Origin: Octopus vulgaris
Taxonomy: Eukaryota
NCBI GenBank assembly: GCA_951406725.2
Contig: OX597821.1
Coordinates: 50,220,001 to 50,284,000, forward strand
Length of the DNA: 64,000 nucleotides
Direction of reading: 5' to 3'
Shown: piece by piece, positions 25,946 through 39,646 of the stretch
Position numbering within the stretch: the first letter of the stretch is position 1
Layout: each line of letters opens with the position of its first letter
Position numbers and translations under genes: made by a program
The notes under the pieces: generated by a model
Seen by the model: the letters and a program-made list of their open reading frames with translations, nothing else
What the model was told of the DNA's origin: nothing
Databases searched by the model: none

Positions 25946-26704
25946 TGTTTTCAAAGCAAGATGAAAAATGACAGGTTAATTTGAAAACTCAAATGTTTTT
26001 AATGCATCACACTGGTCTACGTTCATTCTTTTCCAACAAAGTGTAATGCATGCACCACTCTTTGTTTTAAGACAGTTTTAATACTCACTTTTCTATATAT
26101 TACAACTTTAAAAAGCTGATAGTTTTGTGACATTTTCAGTGCTTTGTTCTGTGTGGTGTAGATTGAAAATTACTATAAATTGCTGGTTTAGGGTTTCAGT
26201 TTATATGCTGAAATTCATAAATGATTGCCTAAAAAAGAATTGAGTGAAAGGATAAAAACCAAAGGATCATTGATTTAAACTCTATTATTGGTACATTACT
26301 GAACTTTGACATAGTTCATACTCAATCAACCAAGAAGTCAATAGGAGGAATAAGATTAATGTAATGTAGATTGTATCCAAGCATCTAGAGGCTTCTTGAG
26401 AGCTAATTTTTAACCAAGAGATGAAAGATAAACCTCACTTCTAAACGCAATGCCAACCCATTACAGGCAACTTTGTAAGATTTTATTTGTTTTCTTTTAG
26501 AGAAGGAATTGGTGTGGTGCATATGACCTTTGTTGGCTTAACATTTTCCTGAAAGGTAAATGAAGAGATAATGTAGAATAAAGTCTTCAGTTCAATACCA
26601 AAACATCTGCAGTAAATTTGAACTCATGGTCTACATAAAGGTAGTCCCTATCAACCTTGTAGAGCCAGCCATCTCATTCACAATATAAAAATAGGGTCAC
26701 CAAG

Positions 26705-27005
26705 GAATTTAATGGCTGTCTCATTAGTCTCAAAGCAGAGATGTAATTTAATGGCTGTTTCATTAGTTACAAAGCTGAGCTCAAACTTAATAGTTGTTTC
26801 ATTAATCTCAATGCAGAGCTCAGATTTGAATGGTTGTCTCATTACTGAGCTCTAACTTAATGGCTGTTTCATTACTTACAATGCTGCACTCTAATTTGAT
26901 AACTGAATCATTACTGACTCAATGCTGAACACTCATAACAGCTGACTCATTACTGTATAAATTCTGAGCTTTAATTTAATCTGTCTCATTACCATCTCAA
27001 TGCCA
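26705..27005. repeat. Degenerate ~39-bp minisatellite (~8 units)
   Basis: AATGGCTGTCTCATTAGT-like unit at 26711, 26750, 26789 and 26829. Confidence 0.8.
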
Positions 27006-28149
27006 AGACATATGTGTGACATGACTGATCTCTTGAATTACAAGTAGAGTCTACAGACAAGCTTCCACAATCTCTGATTAGCTAATTTCACTTACAAGAC
27101 TTCAATCAATCTGAGACATGGGCTGATCCAAGGCTGGAGAAGAAGACATCTGCCTCAGACATTCAATACTACTGAACCTAAACTACTTCACACATGGCCA
27201 TGTACATATATTTGAATTCTAGATACACCTGATAAGACCATAGTTGCTGATGACCCAAACTTACCTGAAACATTGTTTTTTTTTTTTTTTCTTTTTCAAT
27301 GTCTTACATACAATTTTTGCCAGGATGCTATGGAGAAACTTGCTTAATTAGTTGAATTGTTACAGCAATTATTCTGTATTTTTACAGAAAACATCTTTTA
27401 TCTAAATATTAGACAGCATCGAAATATGTAGGTTAGTACCTGTTGCAAAACAAGCCAAGTAACCTTACCTTGATTGCAAAGTACACTTGATACAAGCAGT
27501 TGGTTTGAATATATGGTTTTAGATCAATAATCTATCACTATAACCATTTAGCAACTGCACCTTAAATATTTCAATATTTATTTACAGAATGAAATTAAAA
27601 AAGGAAAGGAAAATAGAAAGGGAGAAAGGGTTAAATGAGAAGGTAAAGAAAGACAATAAATACATTTGAAAAAGAAGAAAGACTTTCATTCAAATTATTA
27701 ATAAATATTCTCTGATAATTGTACAAAAATAAAATCAACCAATTTCTTTAGATTCTGTTTCTGACAACAGCAATTAGACATGTAATAGGCAAATCGTTCC
27801 TGAAGTTTTCTGCTTTTAAATTTGACTCTGATATTTTCCTACTGAGTGAGAAGGAAAACAAAAGCATGAAAATGAAATGAAAAAATTATACAAATTAGAA
27901 TAGAACAGCAGTCTCTTTCATTGTACTTCTTACAATAGCAGTGTTTCAAGATCTGGAGACAATGTGACATAATAAGAGTATGGATACCAAAAAGAATATT
28001 CAACACAAAATAAATTGATATACTGAGAAATTTTCTTAAATCTTGTGAGATATTCTGAAATACCTGGAAGCAAAATTAATCGGAAAATGTGTATTGGTGT
28101 ATGTATGATTTTCTGAATGTTTATATATGTTTGCTTACAAGTGTAGAGG

Positions 28150-28933
28150 CACAAATATATATATATATATATATATACATACACACACACACACATGTAT
28201 ATATATACACACATACACACATATATATATACACACATACACACATATATATATACACACACACACATATATATATATATACACACACATATATATATAT
28301 ACACACACATATATACACACACACATATATATATATACATATATATGCATGTATATATATATATACACACACATATATACACACACATATATATGCATGT
28401 ATATATATATGTGTGTGTATATATACATACACACATGTACACACATATACATACATTCATATACATGTGTGTGTGTATATATATACAATTATATGCACAC
28501 ACACATATGCAAACACATAAATGTGCACATATATATATTTATAAATATATTATACACACACACACACACATGCAAACACATAAATGCGCACATATATATA
28601 TTTATAAATATATTATACACACACACACACATGCAAACACATATACAAATGCACATATACATATGTATACATACAGATTTGTATGTGTATATATATACAC
28701 ACACACACACATATTAACACATGTATGAATGCACATGTGTGTCAGTGTGTATACACACACACACACACACATACACAAATATACACATATATATTCATAT
28801 ATGTATGCACATACACATACACACTAACAGACGGTGAGATAATCTTTGTTTGAATGTCACAAAGAATAAAAATGAAATAATGATAAATTCTATTTCAATA
28901 CAGATGTGCATCAGACTACACATGTAAATGTAA

Positions 28934-28972
<39 letters not shown>

Positions 28973-29099
28973 CATATGTGTGCAAGTATGTATGTATGTG
29001 TAACAGAGAGAAATAGTGTTTGTGTGTAGGGGGGTGCCTCCCATAGCAGGATCTGTTCCTTTTTTTTTTCTTAAGACATGTTCACTAATGTCTCGATAT

Positions 29100-29145
<46 letters not shown>

Positions 29146-29338
29146 CATACATCATATATATATATGTGTGTATACATCACATATATTTACATATATATGT
29201 ACATGTGTGTATATGCATTTATATATGAGTGTGTGTGTGTGTGTAGACACACAAGTGGACAAATGAAAGTGACATGCAACACATTAGGTGAGATTTACAT
29301 ATATTTTTAAGATATGTATATGTCTATGTATGTGTGTA

Positions 29339-29385
<47 letters not shown>

Positions 29386-29395
29386 GTGTGTGTGC

Positions 29396-29448
<53 letters not shown>

Positions 29449-29832
29449 CATATATATATATGTGTGCGTCTATGTGTGTGTGTGTACATACACACACAGA
29501 CACTCTATGAAAGTTGCCTATTGTTGCATTATCACAATTACTCAGAGCTTCACAACTGCAGAAGCAAAAAGAAAACAAAACATACAAAAGCAATGCGAAA
29601 ATGGAAATATTTTGAACTTTTGAAAGTATAAATTTCCTGATGTGTAACATATATAAAATGAACACTGTGAAGAAAACAGAAGAATACAAAGCAATATAAA
29701 AAAAAAGAAAACGTAATAAGGGAACAAAACAAAATTCTGGAACAGCCAGACTACACTCAGTGATTGAATTAGAACTGCTGAAAACTTCTCCATACTTTTC
29801 AATTTCTTAGTGTCTAGCAACTCAGTGCTACA

Positions 29833-29901
<69 letters not shown>

Positions 29902-29928
29902 CACACACACGTAAATACACACATACAT

Positions 29929-29965
<37 letters not shown>

Positions 29966-30004
29966 TATATACATAGACATATATGCATACATATATATAA
30001 TTAC

Positions 30005-30035
<31 letters not shown>

Positions 30036-30068
30036 TAGTATTTTATATACATATATAATTACATATAC

Positions 30069-30110
<42 letters not shown>

Positions 30111-30201
30111 TACATATATAATTAAACATACAGATATATAATTATATATACATATAAATATAATTACATATACATATAGATATAATATATACATACATAT
30201 A

Positions 30202-30241
<40 letters not shown>

Positions 30242-30570
30242 CATACAGATATAAGTATATATACATATAAACATAATTACATATACATATAGATATAATT
30301 ACATATACATATAGATATAATTACATATACATATAAATATAATTATATATACATATAGATATAATTATATATACATACATGTATAATTGCATATACATAT
30401 AGTTATTAATATACATACATAATTACATATATATTTATATATATATAATTACACATATATATATGTATATATATACATATATAATTACATATAATTGCAT
30501 ATAATTACATATATATATATATATATAAAATATATATGTATGTGTGTATATACACACATATATGTGTGTG
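28150..30570. repeat. Cluster of (TA)n/(CA)n tracts with a 22-bp AT-rich minisatellite (~30170-30500)
   Basis: Directly visible; unit ACATATACATATAGATATAATT. Confidence 0.9.
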
Positions 30571-31399
30571 TGTGAGTATAACATAACAGCTTCTCATTTA
30601 GCATTTCTCATTAAGCAAATCCTGTAACCTTAAAAAAAATTTTTCTCATTTTTCACTCCTGACATTCAATAGCAATTAAAGGATGCTATCTTCCTTGTTA
30701 TGACTTCTTTCATCAGAGAAAAATTTCAGAAAAGGACCAAAGAAAGAATAGAACAAAAATGCAGAATAAAATATATTTCATCAACCGGGTGGCTCAGTCA
30801 AAGGAAACAGAGTGATGATGATACAGAGGAATATTTTCAAAGGTATTGGCAGCTTTTGTGAAGAATGTGTAAGGGGTGGCATATCTTTGTTGGGGTTTTT
30901 TCTTCTTTTTTTTTAGAACTTTTTTAGTTTTTTGTTATAATTGTGCAAAAGGTGGGTGTATAGCTGCAGCTAGACATTTTGATCGGTCAAGTTACTTTGA
31001 AGAGATTCACAATATTAGCCGAGCAGAATAAGTGAGGCCACAAGACTAACAAAAATTATTAGATAATTAAACTGTGTGTGTACATGTGTGTGCATATGTG
31101 TGTGGGGGGCACCATATATACAAATATATGAAATATATACACACACACACACAAATGTATATACATGATATAAGGTGCATGGCCTAGTGGTTACAGTGTT
31201 GCATTCACGGTCTCAAGATCATGGTTTCAATTCCCAGATAGGCAGTACTTTGTGTTCTTGGGCAAAAAAACTTCATTGCATGTTGCACCAGTCCACTCAG
31301 CCATAAAAAGGTAACACTCTGATGGATTGATGTTCTGTTCAATTTGAATGTTGACTTGCCCACCTAGACATCATTTGAAAACTACAATGTGAATTAACA

Positions 31400-31630
31400 A
31401 TTTACTTGTTTCTGTCATATGACTGTGGCCACGCTGGAGCACTGTCTTGAAAGGTTTTAGTCGAACAAATTGACCCCTGCAAGACTTCATTTTTAAGCCC
31501 GGTACTTATTCTCTTGGTCTCTTTTGCCACACCACTAAGTTACAGGGATGTAAACATACCAACACTGGTCGTCAAGCAGTGATGGGGAAAACAAATACAG
31601 ACACAAAGACACACACACACAGATATATAC

Positions 31631-31677
<47 letters not shown>

Positions 31678-31830
31678 CGACAAACTTCTTTCAGTTTCCA
31701 TCTACCAGATCCACTCACAAGGCCTTGGTTGGCCAGAGGCTATAGTAGAAGACGCTTGCCCAAGGTGCCACATAGTGGTACACAACCCAGAACCATATGG
31801 TTGGGAAGCAAGCTTCTTACCACACAGCTA
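31400..31830 (-). mobile_element. SINE family A
   Basis: Reverse complement of the family A pattern, with internal (GT)n. Confidence 0.8.
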
Positions 31831-32268
31831 CACCTACATACATACATACATACATACATGTATGTATGTATATAAATTAAACAGTCATTGAGGCATTGGA
31901 TAGAATACCTTGTGGTATTTGTTCTGATTCTCTGCACTCTGATTTCAAGTCTAACCAAAGTCAACTTTGTCATTCATCCTCTTACTTGCAATAAAAATAA
32001 AAGTACAAATCTAGTGGGGTGGATTACTGGAAGTATAAGACCATCAGACTAGGTACATTGCAGTACATGTGGCATTATAAGTTTGAATTCTGCCATGGCC
32101 TACAGTCATTACTTCAACACTGTGGATGCCCTTCAAAGGTTACCATTCTGGGGCAAGCAGTAAGGATAAGTCTCTGGCTTGAAGCTATCTACTTCCCTCG
32201 CAACTTACCACCAGTCCTAAAAGTGTGTAGAAGGTCATGGATATGGCCAACTTTCCCCCCTCTCTCAC

Positions 32269-32321
<53 letters not shown>

Positions 32322-32363
32322 CAGAAAAATTTAGATTTTAATTGTATATATATATACACATAT

Positions 32364-32586
32364 AAGAAATTGAAAATGCACTGGGAGTCATTCAGATGGT
32401 TTATTTTTAAAGGCTGAACCAGTTTTACAGATTTTTCTGATTTCCAACAGTTAAGAGAGATAGAAAGGTGTGGGGCATAGCCCTTAGTCTTTTTTCTCAC
32501 TTAACTTTTGAAAATTAGAAACATCTGTGAAACCAGTTAGGCCTTTGAAAAAACCCAAACGACTGCCAGTGAATTTTCAGCTTCTT
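32364..32586. repeat. Fold-back inverted repeat (~95-bp arms)
   Basis: AAGAAATTGAAAATGCACTGGGAGTC ... GACTGCCAGTGAATTTTCAGCTTCTT. Confidence 0.8.
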
Positions 32587-33042
32587 TTTTTTTTTTCAAT
32601 ATTTCTAACCATGTGGAATAAAATAACTTCTTTTCCTATGTATGTATATTCACATGCATATGTACATACATATACATGTATATATACACAACAAACACAT
32701 GCACTAATACATATATAGATATATATCTATACATATATATACACACTCACACACATATATATATACACACATACACACACACGTGCACTAATGCATATAC
32801 AGATATATATCTATACATATATACACACACACATACATATATGCATATATTTATATACATATATATATATATGTGTGTGTGTGTTCACATGCATATGTAC
32901 ATACATATACATGTATATATAAACAACACACACACATGTACTAATACATATACAGATATATATCTATACATAAATATATATATACACATATATGCATGCA
33001 TGCATGCATGTATGTATGTATATATATATATATATATATAAT

Positions 33043-33244
33043 CACAATTAGAAAGATATATTTTTCAATGTGTAAAAACTAATAGAGCAGCATATATAGG
33101 ATAAAATCCTTACAGAGTAGAAAAACCTGTCAGCAACCAGCCATGGCTGGTTACAGACAGATTTTGCTGCTCTGTAAGGATTTTATCCTATTTACACTGT
33201 TCTATCAGTATTTATGTGCTGAAAAATATATCTCTCTAATTGTG
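33043..33244. repeat. Spacer-less ~200-bp diverged palindrome
   Basis: Centre AACCAGCCA|TGGCTGGTT at 33143/33144; ends CACAATTAG and CTAATTGTG are equidistant from it. Confidence 0.88.
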
Positions 33245-34532
33245 CCACAATACATTTCAGTGCTTCAAAAACAAACTTGTGTTTGTTTACATATGATGTA
33301 ATATATATAATTGAAGTGGGCAACGGTTTAACAGTGTATCACCAAAAAGGAAAACTATAATTGTCATTGTGAAGGCATGTGGCTTAGTGGTCAAAATATT
33401 CAGCTCTCGATCGTAAGGACACGAGTTCAATACCTGGTATCGCATTGTGTCCTTGAGCAAGGCCCTTTATTTCATGTTGCTTCAGTCCACTCAGCAGGCA
33501 AAAATGAGTAGTACCGGAATTCAAAGGGCCAGCCTTGTTACATTCTGTGTCACACAGAATCTCCCCGAGAACTGCGTTAAGGGTACACATGTCTTGGGAG
33601 TGCTCAGTCACTTGCACATTAATTTCACAAGCAGACCGTTCCAATGGAGTGCCCATTATACATACATACATGCATGCATATATACATACAAACAAACAAA
33701 CAAAGTTTACTTCGGATCATGTTTTTTGAGGCATTGAGAAATTTGAAAAGGAACCCTCATACGAAGTTGCATAAATGCAAATATAGCAAATGATAAGAAC
33801 AAATAATAGGTTATAATACAAACCCTTTAAATGGAAAAAAAAAAATGTGAGCATGGTCACCAACAGGAATTAAACTACATGTTTGTTGTACACTGGACAA
33901 CTGTGATGCCACTACACAATAGGCTCGATGACTTTTGTCGGTGAAATTAGAAGCTTTTATATTACAATTTTGTAAAAAGATTTAATTACAAATTTTTCAA
34001 TGGCCATAGAAGTTTTGCAAAATGTATACTCTGCAAAGTGACTTGGCTAACTTGGTAGGATTGACAAAAAAGAGGACTGTTCAGCCTGCAGAGGAAGCCA
34101 CTGGATTAGGAGGATGATCCATAGATTTTACCTGCTAGAACAAGTCAGGGACTGATCAACATTGGCTTAGCCACCTGGGTGAGGGTGTCTGATGTTGAGA
34201 CATGAAACATCTGATGACTCCAGGTTACATCACTGACAAAAGTCCCAGTTCATCCTGTGGGATATATCCTGCACACATAGTAATCGTATATGTGTGTGCG
34301 TGTCTGTGCATTCATACATGCATATATATGTATACATGTATCTATACACACACACATAATTGATTTTATATATTTAATTATATATATTAAAGGGTATGAT
34401 TTGAAGCAATACACCTTATTAGAAATTTTTGATTAAGGTCTGATGAAATATTCCACACCTAAATTGCTGTATTAACTGTGTTACCAAAGCAACAACAAGC
34501 TAGATTGTTAGGGAAAAGAGTCATATAATATG

Positions 34533-35320
34533 TAATAAAGACAAAACCAAATGTTGATATTTGCAATGCATTTAATACATGTGTTTTGAGTAATTATCCT
34601 CCTCAGTCAAAACATTTCAAAATATAAATATCAGAACAATGATTAGGTTTCAAAATAGTATTTGTGTGGATGGTCTCTGGAAACCTGCCTACAAGCAGAG
34701 GGAGAGAGGGAGAGAAAAGATGGAAAAGAAATAGTGGAGTTAGAAAGGGAACACAGAAAAGAGGAGAGAGAAGGTAAACAGAGACAAGTCAAAGATATAA
34801 GAGAGGAGTAGGCAGTAGGTCATCCAGTAAATAAACAGACAAATGCATGAATAAAGGGACAACAAATCTAGAAAGTTATTTGTCTTTTCTCTTTATCACC
34901 CAGCTTCCTTTACATCCATCCTTTGCCACTCAGATATATTGTCTCTTTATTTATGCATTTATTCATTTATTTATCTACTTATTTACTTATTATCATCCCT
35001 CCTATCCCACTCATCTATCTCTGCCTTTTCTCAGTTCCTTATATACCAACCCTCTCACTATCTGTCTCATTTTCCCCTCTCTAACTTCAGTATTTTGTCA
35101 ATCTACCTTCCTTTTTCCTCTCTGCTTGTAGGTGGTTCTCCAAAGACCATCCAGACAACTGCTATACACACACACACACACACCTGCGTGTGTGTGTGTG
35201 TGTGTATGTAGGTAAGTTTTGCTTTAACATTTATACTTCAAACATTTTTGACTGGTGAGGGTTTCATGTAAAAACACATACTAAATGCATTCAAAATGTC
35301 GATATTTAGCTTTATCTTTA
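34533..35320. repeat. Old long inverted repeat with decayed hammerhead-like motifs
   Basis: Nested matching blocks include TGGATGGTCTCTGGAAACCTGCCTACAAGCAGAG vs CTCTGCTTGTAGGTGGTTCTCCAAAGACCATCCA, and AATGCATGAATAAAGGGACAA vs TTGTCTCTTTATTTATGCATT. Confidence 0.75.
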
Positions 35321-35329
35321 TGATATATA

Positions 35330-35388
35330 TATACATATACACACACACACATATCCATGCACACATTTAATAAGCAATGTATATACAC

Positions 35389-35419
<31 letters not shown>

Positions 35420-35442
35420 CATATATATATATACATATATAC

Positions 35443-35481
<39 letters not shown>

Positions 35482-35872
35482 CATATATACATATATATAT
35501 ATATATACATATATACATATACATATATACATACATATATACATACATATACATATATACATATACATATATACATACATATATACATACATATACATAT
35601 ATACATATACATATATATATATATACATACATATATACATATACATATATACATACATATACATATATACATACATATACATATACATATATATATATAC
35701 ATACATATATATATATACATATATATATACATACATATATATACATATATACATATACATATATACATATATATACATATATACATACATATATACATAC
35801 ATATATATACATGTATATACATATATATATATACATACATATATACATACATATACATACATATATACATAC

Positions 35873-35903
<31 letters not shown>

Positions 35904-35962
35904 CATACATATACATACATATACATACATATATATACATATATATATACATACATATATAT

Positions 35963-36023
<61 letters not shown>

Positions 36024-36329
36024 CATATATATACATATATATATATACATATATATATATACATACATATATATATATACATATATATATATACATACAT
36101 ATATATATATACATATATATATACATATATATATATACATACATATATACATACACATATACATACACATACATACATATATATATACATACACATACAT
36201 ACATATATATATACATACACATACATACATATATATATACATACACATACATATATATATATATATACATATATATATACATACATATATACATACAAAT
36301 ACATATATGTATACATATACATATATACA

Positions 36330-36360
<31 letters not shown>

Positions 36361-36420
36361 ACATATATATATATACATACATATACATACATATTCATAT
36401 ATATATACATATACATATTT

Positions 36421-36483
<63 letters not shown>

Positions 36484-36545
36484 CATGCATATATTTAATA
36501 TTACATACATACATACAAAGTGTATGTATATATATTTATTTATAT
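35330..36545. repeat. 1.2-kb (TA)n/(TACA)n tract
   Basis: Directly visible; explains the 248-434 aa YI/CM ORFs. Confidence 0.97.
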
Positions 36546-36807
36546 ACAGGTGACTGAACAAACAAAGGAAAGTGGCACTCAACACATGTAGTAGGAGTTA
36601 CATTTGTTATTATCTAAAACAGTTTGATTCAGCTCCATGCAACTTAAACGTTTTGTATGCTTCATGCAGAAACCCTATTCATGGGGCTGAATCCAGATAA
36701 CTAGGTCCAACAATTTAAATTCTTCTAAAAAGCCTACAAAACTGGGGCCAAATCAAACACTTTAAAAAAAATAAAAATCACTATATATATATATATATAT
36801 TTACACA

Positions 36808-37376
36808 CATGAGGGTGAGTCAAAAAGTAATGACATTTTGTTTAGGTCAGGTATAATTACCAACACAGGAACATGTATCATACATCAAAATGAAGCTGGT
36901 CCTCTGTAAATCACATCCTTACTAGTCAACATAGTCACCATTTCTCTCAATCGTATGTTCCACCTTCGAATGAGAGCATGTATTCCTGCTCTGTAAAATT
37001 CTGCTGACTGTTCTTTGAGCCACTTCTTCACTACAGTTTCACTTCCTTGTCACTGGACTATCATCGTCCATGGGCTATCATCTCTTTGGCCCCATGAAAG
37101 AGGGTTTGATAGGCAAATATTATTCTAGTGACGAGGAAGTGAAAACTGTAGTGAAGAAGTGGCTCAAAGAGCAGTCAACAGAATTTTATGGGGCAGAGAT
37201 ACATGCTCTCATTCAAAGATGGAGCATTGCTATTGAGAAAAACGGTGTCTATGCTGAGAAGTAGGGATGTGATCTACAGAGGACCAGCTTCATTTTGATG
37301 TATTATACATGTTCCTGTGTTGGTAATTATACCTGTCCTAAACAAAATGGCATTACTTCTTTTACTCACCCACATG
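36808..37376. mobile_element. Palindromic mariner derivative made of two inverted 3' ends
   Basis: TIR GAGGGTGAGTCAAAAAGTAATG at both ends. The right arm encodes YHLFGPMKEGL..SSDEEVKTVVKKWLKEQS..LIQRW..KNGVYAEK*; the left arm is its reverse complement. Confidence 0.88.
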
Positions 37377-37615
37377 TGTATATATATATATACCTTATTC
37401 TTTTACAGTTTTCAGTCAATGGAATGCGGCTATGGTGCTCAGGCCCCATCTTGAAAGGTTTTTGTTTTAACCGAATGGAAGAACTCTTAGTACTATGATT
37501 TTTTTTTTAAGGCTGTTTCTTATGCTATCAGTTTGTTTTTCCAAACTGCTAAGTTACAGGGATATAAATAAACCAACACCAGTTGTCAAGTGGTTGAGGT
37601 AGAGACACTCAGATA

Positions 37616-37658
<43 letters not shown>

Positions 37659-38096
37659 CACACACACACAACAGGCTACAACAGGTCTCTGTCTCCCAAA
37701 TTCACTCACAAGGCAATGGTTAATTCAGGGCTATAGTAGAAGACACTCATAAACCACATGCTATGCCTATAGATGTGTATATTTAATTATATATACATAT
37801 ATATAAATTTCCTATAACTTATATATAAATATATATATATATATATACTATATATGTACATGTGTAGTTATATATGTACATGTGTGTATGTATGTATATA
37901 AATATATATATGAGTGTAAAGTATGTTAATGTGTGCGTGACGTGTGTGCAGTAATAAATTTATATTCACATATGCACTACTTAATTACCAACTTGGATTT
38001 TTGCAACACGTGTGTATGTGAAATCAAGGCATACATGGATACGTAAATATACAGGCACAATGAGAAGAGGGAAAAAAATTAGCGAACAAGCCATAC

Positions 38097-38166
38097 AAGC
38101 CTGGTGAAAATCGAACGCCCACTCTTCAAATTCCGGCCGAATGCTTTACACTTAAGCTACTGGGCC
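38097..38166 (-). pseudogene. tRNA-like sequence (tRNA pseudogene or isolated SINE head)
   Basis: GGCCCAG-TA-GCTT aagtgta AAGC-A-TTCGG ccggaat TTGAA..GTTCGATT: D-arm and anticodon arm pair; acceptor and T stems are poor. Confidence 0.45.
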
Positions 38167-38353
38167 AAATACTGTTTGTTCTTTCGATCATATTATTATT
38201 TTGAATTTCATGGTTTACTGGGTAATTTAAACAACGTGTGTGTGTGTGTGTTTGTGTTTGTGTGTGTGCGTGCGTGCGTGTGCTTGAGGGAAAGAGAAGC
38301 GAGTGGAGAAGAGAGAAAAATAAAAACGTATTTGCTATATTAATTAGTAGTTG

Positions 38354-39388
38354 TCAAAGAATTAAAGACAAGTTTGTAGGAGTTGATGCTTTGTGCCAAG
38401 AACACTTTCGGAGAGCAGATGAAGGCCCAAATTCATAATATTCGTCTTTTCTAAGCCACATGGACCGAAATGTGTCTAAAGAGGCAACAATGGAACCTCC
38501 CATCCAGGCTGAATATTTGCGAACTGGTGGAGCTGTAATGTTGATGTTTGTTATTGACAAGGCAGATAACTCTTTATGTAGGCGATCACACATGCCCGGT
38601 AGTAGAGTTGTTCCCCCTGCTAAAACTATATTGGATGCCATACTATCCTGTAATGAAGTATGACACCGTAAAATTGATTTTGCGATACTCTGTTGTAAAC
38701 TCGGACAAGTAAAACCACAGCGCTCTGGTTGGAAAAGATATTCTGGAACTTTAAGTCTTTCGGGGCCAATCACAATGCTTGTATCTGTACATGGAAGTGT
38801 GTATTCCTTGTCTTCTGACGGTGGCATACTATTTTTACGTGCCTCTTCATATTTCATTATTGAACAATATTTTTCTTTTATGTGCCGCACAGTTGTTCTG
38901 TAATTCTCTGGAGATTGACGTAGTGCTGGAATGGCTTCTCCTTGTAAAGCACGCCCCAGTTGTTCAGTGAGATCGCAGCCAGCCATAGGAAATCTGACTA
39001 TAGCTTCATTGCATGGATAACCATCAAAGACGGGGACTATGTGGGTCGTTCCCTCGCCAGCATCTAAAACGATACCTGACCAATGTCCAGATCCGTAAAG
39101 AGCTAGCACTGGCTGTAATAGTAAATATAAGGCTGGAACATCAAATGTTTCAAATAAAATCTCGGCTAATTTCTCACGATTCTGAGGTCCGAAGAAAGGA
39201 GTCTCGCTAAGCAATACTGGCTGGGTATCTGAGGAAACCCCCAGTCGCTCAAAACACTGATGCCAGACATACTCCATCGTATCCCAGTTAGTTATAACGC
39301 CACGCTGCACTGGATTGCTACATACCACATGTTCGGCACTTGATGGGAAAAGTGGAGATTCACGGCCTTTCCGGGAAAATGTACCCAA
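38354..39388 (-). CDS. Divergent actin-like / actin-related protein, terminal coding exon
   Basis: Uninterrupted 344-codon frame with actin motifs PVQRGVITNWD, PVLLSE.P, FETFDVPA, GIVLDAGEGTTH, IKEKYC, NIVLAGGTTL, RKYSAWMGGSI and GPS..RKC. Acceptor polypyrimidine tract then TTTTCAAG| at 39389. Confidence 0.93.
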   Translation of the reverse strand: MGTFSRKGRESPLFPSSAEHVVCSNPVQRGVITNWDTMEYVWHQCFERLGVSSDTQPVLLSETPFFGPQNREKLAEILFETFDVPALYLLLQPVLALYGSGHWSGIVLDAGEGTTHIVPVFDGYPCNEAIVRFPMAGCDLTEQLGRALQGEAIPALRQSPENYRTTVRHIKEKYCSIMKYEEARKNSMPPSEDKEYTLPCTDTSIVIGPERLKVPEYLFQPERCGFTCPSLQQSIAKSILRCHTSLQDSMASNIVLAGGTTLLPGMCDRLHKELSALSITNINITAPPVRKYSAWMGGSIVASLDTFRSMWLRKDEYYEFGPSSALRKCSWHKASTPTNLSLIL

Positions 39389-39646
39389 CTTGAAAATACA
39401 AAAAGAAGAATAAGAAAAAAATTAGAATTATTCAAAATTTTGAACAACATAAAATTATGATTATGCAAATTTTAAAATATAAAATAGGATACAGATACAA
39501 CACCAACTTTCCGGACATTAAATAGCCCAGAACCTTTTATATTCTGCACTAATTTTCACCAATGTACACAAATAACTGTATTTCATTTAATTATTGAAGT
39601 AAATTAAATTTTTTTTAAATTTACCCCTGGTTCATAAAAATCAGTA

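Noticed and set aside
27244-27280. CTGATGA-cccaaacttacct-GAAACATTGT
   Set aside because: No stem II or stem I pairing; likely chance.
35281-36585. Long ORFs of 248-434 aa in several frames
   Set aside because: Translations of a (TA)n/(TACA)n tract that lacks stops; same for ORFs at 6.3-6.9, 8.0-8.8 and 27.9-30.2 kb.
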